NCBI GenBank assembly: GCA_045643825.1
Contig: JAZRFV010000084.1
Location: 47,946-71,945 of the forward strand
DNA length: 24,000 nt
Source: Candidatus Scatosoma sp.
Lineage (GTDB): Bacteria; Bacillota; Clostridia; Christensenellales; Borkfalkiaceae
Direction of reading: 5' to 3'
Under the pieces are notes generated by a model. The model had not been told where the DNA came from, ran no database searches, and worked only from the letters and a program-made list of their open reading frames with translations. Positions 17,299 through 24,000 of the stretch are shown here, in pieces. Made by a program: the position numbers and the translations under genes. Positions within the stretch are counted from its first letter, which is position 1. Every line of letters starts with the position of its first letter.

Positions 17299-17768
17299 TG
17301 GAACAAATTGAAAAGCAAACAATTGAAGAGGTATTGTTATCACACGGAAAATATGTCGGACCTACGGTTGGTGTCAGTATGCTACCGATGTTGAAAAATC
17401 GTCGCGATACCATTGTTGTGTTGGCAAAAACGGAGCGATTGAAGCGCCTGGATGTAGCATTATATCGCCGTGGAGATGCCTATATTTTACACCGTGTATT
17501 GCAACCGATTGAAGGTGGATATATCATTCGAGGTGATAATTGCTACTCCGACGAGAAGGTGCCTGAAAACGCCGTTATCGGCGTTTTATCAGAATTTTTC
17601 CGCAAGGGAAAGCATTTCTACTGTACGGATAAAAAGTACCTTAAATACGCGGAAAAACGCTTAAAAACCTATAAAGTAAGACGTTTTTTTGTCTTGTTAA
17701 AGGCGAGATGTAGGAACGGTGCAAAGCGTGTCCTTTACGCGTTTGGTTTAAGAAAGAAGAGAAAATAA
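17298..17768 (+). CDS. S24/S26-family serine peptidase with an S26B (SipW/Sec11-like) Ser/His motif pattern and no N-terminal membrane anchor.
   Basis: The motifs are GVSMLPML (nucleophile Ser box), YILHRVL (HR[IV] box in place of the bacterial KR[IV]) and IIRGDNCYSDEKV (GDN box). The N-terminus is hydrophilic and the C-terminus is a basic tail. The start ATG overlaps the PqqD stop (TAATG). Confidence 0.6.
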   Translation: MEQIEKQTIEEVLLSHGKYVGPTVGVSMLPMLKNRRDTIVVLAKTERLKRLDVALYRRGDAYILHRVLQPIEGGYIIRGDNCYSDEKVPENAVIGVLSEFFRKGKHFYCTDKKYLKYAEKRLKTYKVRRFFVLLKARCRNGAKRVLYAFGLRKKRK

Positions 17769-17770
17769 CG

Positions 17771-19447
17771 ATGAAAACAAAAGCAAATAACAAAGGAAAA
17801 ATTTGGTTAAAAAAAGAGACGAGACCTTACCGCTCGTCTATCCTTTTTTTGACGAGTCTTGCCGTCTTTACGACGGTATTTTCCATTTTATTTGCGTACA
17901 TGGTGCGTTATCTCATTAATAGCGCATCGAATAAAGAAACGGAAAAACTGTGGCTTTTTGCTGGTTTACTTTTAGGATTTTTGCTTTTAAAAATTGTCTT
18001 GAAGGTAATGCGTGGCTATTTCTCGGAAAAGGCAAATGCAAAGATGACTGCAGGGCTTCGTACTCGTTTATATGGTAAAATATTGCGCTCTGATTACGCG
18101 GCAGTACAGCAATATCACAGCGGAGACTTAATCACTCGTTTAACCACCGACATTAATGAGGTTTCTGCGTATTCTGTTTCCTTATTACCTGCGGTTGTGG
18201 CTATGGCAATGCAATGCGTTGGATCTATTGTGGCTCTTTTGACGATTGATCCGTTATTTACCGCTATTTATGTGTTCGCAGGGGTAATATTTGCCGCTAT
18301 CACGATGTTTTTTAGAAAGCAATTGAAAAAGCATCATAAAGAGGTGATGTCGGCGGATGCGGAATCCCGTTCGTATATGCAGGAAAGTATTTCCTCACTT
18401 TTGACCGTAAAGGCTTATGGGGTTGAGGGGAAGAGCACGGATAAAGCGGAGGACTTCGCACAAAGCTATTATCAAAAGCGTATGAAACGCAACGGCTTGC
18501 GCGCAGGGATGAATGCAATTTTCTCGCTTTTGAGTAATTTTGGCTTAATTTTTGCCGTTGTATGGTGCAGTGTAAGTATATTGTACGGTAGAACGACTGA
18601 CTACGGTTCGATTTTGTCGGCAATTCTACTATTGATGCAGTTGCAATCGCCTCTTTCTTCATTCTCGACGATACCACCTGCGTACTATGCTCGCATAGCG
18701 AGTGGCGAGCGTTTGGCTGAAATTGAAGATATCACCGTAGAAATAACGGAAGAAGAAGGTGACGGACAGACAATTTACGAAAACCTTGCGAATATTTCCT
18801 TTAAAAACCTTGCGTTTACGTATGGTCGAGAGGAAATTTTAAGCGATATGTCGGCGCAAATTAATAAAGGTGAAATCGTTTGCTTAACGGGGCCGTCGGG
18901 CGCAGGGAAAAGCACAATATTCAAACTTTTACTGCAAGTGTATCAACCGACGTCGGGGAGTATGGTTTTGCAGATGCAAGAAGGTGAAAGCCCTTTAACA
19001 GCAAAAGAAAGAGATTTGTTTGCTTATGTCCCGCAGGGGAATTTCCTTTTCTCGGGTACAATTTATGAAAATCTTGCATTTTTCTCAAAAGAGACAAATT
19101 TGGAAGTATTAAAGGAAAAAATGCTCTCTTGCATAAAGACGGCTTGTGCAGAATTTGTTTTTGAGCTCCCTCAAGGTCTTGACACTGTTTTATCGGAAGG
19201 TGGCGCAGGTTTGTCGGAAGGGCAATTACAACGCTTGGCTGTGGCAAGGGCATTGCTTTCGGAACGTCCTATTTTGTTGTTAGACGAAGCGACCAGCGCG
19301 TTGGACGCAGATACGGAAAAACGTTTGATTGAAAATATTGCAAATCTCAACAATAAAACCTGCATATTGGTTACCCATCGACCTAAAGCGTTGGAGGTTG
19401 CCGATAAGGTTTTGCATATTGAAAACGGAAAAGTAACACAAAAATAA
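17771..19447 (+). CDS. ABC exporter, fused permease plus ATPase (type I exporter half-transporter).
   Basis: The N-terminal half is hydrophobic with about six transmembrane segments. The NBD has Walker A LTGPSGAGKST, signature LSEGQLQRLAVARAL and Walker B ILLLDEATSALD. There is no C39 peptidase domain. Confidence 0.9.
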   Translation: MKTKANNKGKIWLKKETRPYRSSILFLTSLAVFTTVFSILFAYMVRYLINSASNKETEKLWLFAGLLLGFLLLKIVLKVMRGYFSEKANAKMTAGLRTRLYGKILRSDYAAVQQYHSGDLITRLTTDINEVSAYSVSLLPAVVAMAMQCVGSIVALLTIDPLFTAIYVFAGVIFAAITMFFRKQLKKHHKEVMSADAESRSYMQESISSLLTVKAYGVEGKSTDKAEDFAQSYYQKRMKRNGLRAGMNAIFSLLSNFGLIFAVVWCSVSILYGRTTDYGSILSAILLLMQLQSPLSSFSTIPPAYYARIASGERLAEIEDITVEITEEEGDGQTIYENLANISFKNLAFTYGREEILSDMSAQINKGEIVCLTGPSGAGKSTIFKLLLQVYQPTSGSMVLQMQEGESPLTAKERDLFAYVPQGNFLFSGTIYENLAFFSKETNLEVLKEKMLSCIKTACAEFVFELPQGLDTVLSEGGAGLSEGQLQRLAVARALLSERPILLLDEATSALDADTEKRLIENIANLNNKTCILVTHRPKALEVADKVLHIENGKVTQK

Positions 19448-19470
19448 GAAGGACCGAAAGGTCCTTCTTT
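19447..19470 (+). terminator. Rho-independent terminator closing the long plus-strand gene string.
   Basis: The hairpin AGAAGGACC-GAAA-GGTCCTTCT is followed by TT. It begins at the last base of the stop codon. Confidence 0.8.
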
Positions 19471-19525
19471 CATAGGGATAAAATTAAATATATATTATTT
19501 ATCATTTTATTTTGGAGTAATAAAA

Positions 19526-20167
19526 ATGAAAACCTATCTATTCGATTTTGATGGTACGCTCGTTGATTCGATGCCATCTTTTATCGCCGGAGTCCTTAAA
19601 GAATTAGATAAAAATAATTGTCGATATAATGACGATATAATAAAAATAATAACGCCTTTGGGTTTTGCGGGTACGGCTGATTATTTTATTAAAACTTTCG
19701 GTTTGGATATGAGTATTGAAGACCTCGTTTCGGCTTTTAAAAATAATATTGCCAATGATTATTTTTACAATATACCGGCAAAAAGCAATGTTGTGAGGGT
19801 TTTAAAGCAATTGAAAGATGAGGGGGCAAGTCTAAATGTTTTAACTGCAAGTCCTCACGTTACCCTTGACGCGTGCTTAAAAAGATTAAAAATATTTGAT
19901 TTATTTGATAACGTATGGTCGTGTGACGACTTTGCAACGACAAAAGCAAATCCTGAAATTTATAAATGGGTGGCACAAAAGCTTAACGTAAACGTGAAAG
20001 ACGTGTTGTTTTTAGACGACAATATCAATGCTAATTTGACGGCAAAGACAGCAGGAATGATGGTGTGTGGTGTTTTTGATGAATCTTCTGCCGATTATAT
20101 AGAACAAATGAAAGCCGCATGCGATTTCTATATTTATGACTTTGAGGAATTATTAAACATAAAATAG
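19526..20167 (+). CDS. HAD superfamily hydrolase (subfamily IA-like phosphatase).
   Basis: HAD motif I is LFDFDGTLVDS, motif II is VLTASP and motifs III/IV are K...FLDDN. The RBS is TTGGAGTAATAAAAATG. Confidence 0.8.
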   Translation: MKTYLFDFDGTLVDSMPSFIAGVLKELDKNNCRYNDDIIKIITPLGFAGTADYFIKTFGLDMSIEDLVSAFKNNIANDYFYNIPAKSNVVRVLKQLKDEGASLNVLTASPHVTLDACLKRLKIFDLFDNVWSCDDFATTKANPEIYKWVAQKLNVNVKDVLFLDDNINANLTAKTAGMMVCGVFDESSADYIEQMKAACDFYIYDFEELLNIK

Positions 20168-20182
20168 ATAGTTGACATAAAG

Positions 20183-20211
20183 AAAGACTAACGAGCATTT
20201 CGTTAGTCTTT
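20183..20211. terminator. Bidirectional terminator hairpin between the convergent HAD and AraC genes.
   Basis: The hairpin AAAGACTAACG-AGCATTT-CGTTAGTCTTT has an 11-bp perfect stem. Confidence 0.8.
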
Positions 20212-20255
20212 TAAACTGCTTTAAATATAATTTGAAGGGCTTTTAGACGCCTTTT

Positions 20256-21143
20256 TTATTTTATGCTGTTTCTATATTCGCTCGGGCTCATACCAACGTG
20301 TTTTTTGAAGGCGTAGGCAAAGGTGGAGATGGAGTCGAAACATAATAGATCAACGATTTCTACGAAAGATCGTTTTTTTCGTATCAGCTTTTTTGCTTCG
20401 TCAATTTTTAATTTTAAATAGGTTTGATAGATGGTTTTTCCTGTTTTTTCACGGAAAAAGGTGCAAAGCCTCGTCGTGCCATAGTGCAATTCCGCACTTA
20501 AATCGCTCAATTGAAAACGTCCATATATTTTTGAGGTTAAAATGCGGACGATTTCGTCCTGAAGCTCGGTAGAATCGGCGATTTTTGATACGAAAAACTC
20601 TTGTGAGGAGGAACGCTTTTCTGCTGTTCGGAGTAGGTAAATCAGCAAGGTTTCTAAATTGTTTTTGATAATTTGCTCGCCACCGAGATTAGGGTTATCC
20701 TTTAATTTTAATACGTTCAGGTTGGGATCAAAATCGGGCAACTCAAAGGTGTCCGCTGCCTCCGACATAATATTTTGTAGAAGGTATCGATAATTTTCAG
20801 GCACAGGTATTTTCTTGTCTGCAAAGAAATTCATCGATTCTGAACGGCAGGAAAAGGAAATAATAAAGAGGTTAGGCTCTTTATTTCCGCTCTCCGTAAA
20901 ATGCGGCTGATTGGGTTTTATGAAAAGCATTTCACCTTGTTTCAACTCAATCTTTTTTCCGTCGATACCAATAAAAACGTTTTCTTTATCTGCATAGTTA
21001 ATTTCCCAAAAGTCGTGCACTTCCTCGGGGAATACGTAGTTTTTCTCCAACGCCTGGTAATGGATTGTCGCAATCTTTTGCACGTTTAAAAGATTGGAGA
21101 TTTTATGCATATAAAATTTTTTCTTTTGCGTTTTTTGTTCCAT
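20256..21143 (-). CDS. AraC family transcriptional regulator (N-terminal cupin-like sensor plus C-terminal double HTH).
   Basis: The C-terminus (LSDLSAELHYGTTRLCTFFREKTGKTIYQTYLKLKIDEAKKLI...FDSISTFAYAFKKHVGMSPSEYR) is a typical AraC HTH pair. The gene is divergent from the kinase gene. Confidence 0.85.
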   Translation of the reverse strand: MEQKTQKKKFYMHKISNLLNVQKIATIHYQALEKNYVFPEEVHDFWEINYADKENVFIGIDGKKIELKQGEMLFIKPNQPHFTESGNKEPNLFIISFSCRSESMNFFADKKIPVPENYRYLLQNIMSEAADTFELPDFDPNLNVLKLKDNPNLGGEQIIKNNLETLLIYLLRTAEKRSSSQEFFVSKIADSTELQDEIVRILTSKIYGRFQLSDLSAELHYGTTRLCTFFREKTGKTIYQTYLKLKIDEAKKLIRKKRSFVEIVDLLCFDSISTFAYAFKKHVGMSPSEYRNSIK

Positions 21144-21149
21144 ATCATC

Positions 21150-21178
21150 ATTATAGCAAACAAAAATTAAAAAGTAAA
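21150..21178 (-). promoter_or_regulatory. Possible promoter for the AraC gene (minus strand: TTTACT, 17-bp spacer, TATAAT). Its -10 ends only 6 nt before the ATG, which suggests a leaderless transcript.
   Basis: The minus strand reads TATAATGATGATATG. TATAAT is plus 21150-21155 and TTTACT is plus 21173-21178. No Shine-Dalgarno sequence precedes ATG 21143. Confidence 0.3.
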
Positions 21179-21244
21179 CTGTTTTGAAATATTTTAATAA
21201 TATTATCCGTGAAAGAATTCCAAAGTTTTAGGAAACAATTTCTA

Positions 21245-22369
<1,125 letters not shown>

Positions 22370-22378
22370 TTGCATTAA

Positions 22379-22413
22379 AAAAACAGCGTGGTTTAGTTAA
22401 CTACGCTGTTTTT
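22379..22413. terminator. Bidirectional terminator between the convergent nahK-like and TetR genes.
   Basis: AAAAACAGCGT pairs with ACGCTGTTTTT (11 bp), and further pairing occurs inside the 13-nt loop. Confidence 0.8.
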
Positions 22414-22417
22414 ATAT

Positions 22418-22990
22418 TTATGCGTGATGTTCGCCAATACAATCTTTGATTATTTTTACGATATCCTCTATTGGGGTATCGCAATCATTGTCAATCCATT
22501 TATACACGATGGCAATTGTCCCTTGTGTATAGAATTCTAATAAGTAAGTCTTCTTTTCTTCGGGGACATTATAATGCGAAATAGCAGGATAGAGGATGCT
22601 TGAATAGATTTTTTGATATGTTTTATTTGCTTGAAAAAGCTGTGGCTTTTGATGGACGAGCTTTAATATGTGTTTATTCCTTTTTACAAAATTGAGATAG
22701 GGGATTAAATGCTTTGAAGTGATAAGGAAGGGCTCTTTGCCTATATCTACTTGCTCAATGCCATTTTGTTTAAAGGATTTAGAAAACTCTTCATTTAACA
22801 TTTCAAGGCATTCTTCCAACAATTCATAGATATTATCGTAATGCAAATAAAAGGTAGAACGGCTTACGCCTGCTTTTTGTACAATGTCTTTTACCGTAAT
22901 AAACTCCAGATCCTTCTTTTCAAGCAAGAGTAGTAGGGCTTGGTCCATAATTCTTGCCGTTGTATAATATTTGCCTTCAGTCTTTTGCAT
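22418..22990 (-). CDS. TetR/AcrR family transcriptional regulator.
   Basis: The N-terminal HTH is FITVKDIVQKAGVSRSTFYLHYDNIYELL. A strong RBS (AAAGGAGGTAAACAATG) is embedded in the 3' end of the upstream gene. The two genes overlap by 14 nt. Confidence 0.85.
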   Translation of the reverse strand: MQKTEGKYYTTARIMDQALLLLLEKKDLEFITVKDIVQKAGVSRSTFYLHYDNIYELLEECLEMLNEEFSKSFKQNGIEQVDIGKEPFLITSKHLIPYLNFVKRNKHILKLVHQKPQLFQANKTYQKIYSSILYPAISHYNVPEEKKTYLLEFYTQGTIAIVYKWIDNDCDTPIEDIVKIIKDCIGEHHA

Positions 22991-23594
22991 TGTTTACCTC
23001 CTTTGCGTTGTGTTTTGCCGTTTTTATTATATAAAACGAAAGAAAAATAATCAATAGTGAAATTGCACAGCCTAAACCACAAAGCACGATATACCGTAAA
23101 AGAAGGTTATCCTTGCCCCAGGTTGCCATCATTGTGTTTGCGAGGGTAAGCATGGATACGCTTGCGGTAATAAGACTGATAATTCGCAATGTTTTATACA
23201 GCAAATGCGGATGTTTTATGTATTTTATAAAATTTATGATACCAACGGCCATCGTGGAAAAGGTATAGGTCGCCAAGGCGATTACTACAATTTCATGATA
23301 TACGGTTGGGTGATGCTTGAAAATCATAGGAAAAATCAATGCGGATATCCATAAATTTAAGAATAACAACAACCATCCATACGCCATATATGCGTTGTTT
23401 TCTTGCCTTTTTGTTAGAGCTGGCCTATAAACGATAAAGTAAAATATGGTCAAGCGGAATATTGCCAAGGCAAAGAAATATACGCCCATCACGAAAAACC
23501 AATTAGAATGGTAGATTGCCCCAAGACAAAAGAGAAAAAGTGAGTAAAATATATTAAAGAGGAAAGATGCGCATAAAAAACATCTTATGCGCAT
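22977..23594 (-). CDS. Polytopic membrane protein of unknown function (about six predicted transmembrane helices).
   Basis: The sequence is highly hydrophobic (FLFNIFYSLFLFCLGAIY, VMGVYFFALAIFRLTIFYFIV, GWLLLFLNLWISALIFPMIF and others). The start is ambiguous. ATG 23594 follows AAGGAA, whereas the tracked ATG 23693 has no RBS and overlaps the upstream gene by 50 nt. Confidence 0.55.
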   Translation of the reverse strand: MRIRCFLCASFLFNIFYSLFLFCLGAIYHSNWFFVMGVYFFALAIFRLTIFYFIVYRPALTKRQENNAYMAYGWLLLFLNLWISALIFPMIFKHHPTVYHEIVVIALATYTFSTMAVGIINFIKYIKHPHLLYKTLRIISLITASVSMLTLANTMMATWGKDNLLLRYIVLCGLGCAISLLIIFLSFYIIKTAKHNAKEVNNAKD

Positions 23595-23643
23595 ATCTAC
23601 ATTTTCCTTCAATGTCCGTAATATGGAGGGGCGTTTGCGCTCT

Positions 23644-24000
23644 TTATTGTTCTTGTGCAATTTCATTCGCAAGACGTAAAATATCCGTTGCATACTTATT
23701 TTTCGACTTTGTCAGCATCCGTTTGTAGATAGGGTAGTTGATGGCTGTACCTAAAATACCGATGCAGCCGATGAGGATGCCAAGGGCAACCGAAAGGTTG
23801 TTTCCTGCACCAATTACTTTCATTGCAAGGCTCATGCCCGTTCCCAAAATAAGGCTGGATACAATACCAAAGGTAAAGGAAAAGATTTTTGCGGGGCTTT
23901 TAGCGCGTGCATCTAATTTTTTCAAGGCTTTTACCTTTGAGGTTTGCTTCGGAGCATATTCGTTTGCGATTTGCTCCGCGTAGATTTTGTCAGTATTCAT
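23644..24000 (-). CDS. Small two-transmembrane membrane protein of unknown function. Its ATG sits exactly at the window edge, so the 5' end cannot be verified.
   Basis: A hydrophilic N-terminus (MNTDKIYAEQIANEYAPKQTSKVKALKKLDARAKSPAK) is followed by two hydrophobic helices and a basic C-terminal tail. It is the first gene visible in a three-gene minus-strand unit that ends with the TetR gene. Confidence 0.5.
   Translation of the reverse strand: MNTDKIYAEQIANEYAPKQTSKVKALKKLDARAKSPAKIFSFTFGIVSSLILGTGMSLAMKVIGAGNNLSVALGILIGCIGILGTAINYPIYKRMLTKSKNKYATDILRLANEIAQEQ

Noticed and set aside
20225-20255. A second weak hairpin (AAGGGC...GCCTTT followed by TTTTTT) just downstream of the AraC stop.
   Set aside because: The stem is only about 6 bp and includes a G-U pair. 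The strong 11-bp hairpin at 20183-20211 already accounts for termination of both convergent genes.

Overview
The window looks like a chromosomal segment from a spore-former-type Firmicute (Clostridia-like). This rests on gene content (spo0A, groES-groEL, mutS2, tex, purB), AGGAGG-type ribosome-binding sites and sigma-A-like TTGACA/TATAAT promoters. I saw no transposase, integrase, CRISPR array, tRNA or rRNA. Plus-strand genes are mutS2 (5' partial), a NodB-type polysaccharide deacetylase, an M16 peptidase, an AlkD-like HEAT protein, tex, a stand-alone acpP, a Cys-rich/LRR surface protein, a YbiT-type ABC-F ATPase and spo0A. groES-groEL converge on them from the minus strand. A long co-directional string follows: dCMP deaminase, cyclophilin, purB, then a tightly coupled five-ORF cassette. 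The right end carries a HAD hydrolase, a divergent AraC regulator and nahK-like kinase, and a TetR regulator with two membrane proteins. The best candidate for an undescribed system is the cassette at 16127-19470. It holds an untracked 54-codon membrane/peptide ORF, an HPr-kinase-like P-loop protein, a PqqD-type RRE protein, an anchorless Ser/His S24/S26-like peptidase and an ABC exporter. This resembles the accessory half of phospho-lasso or SynChlorMet RiPP clusters but has no cyclase, B2 protease or radical-SAM enzyme. Three other anomalies are read directly from the sequence. groEL is otherwise intact but carries an in-frame TAA at codon 58. The Spo0A receiver domain lacks the phospho-acceptor Asp (G56) and the acidic pocket (E10, S11). 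The ABC-F protein has lost both halves of its second composite ATP site. All functional calls rest on motif recognition by eye, and no database search was run.
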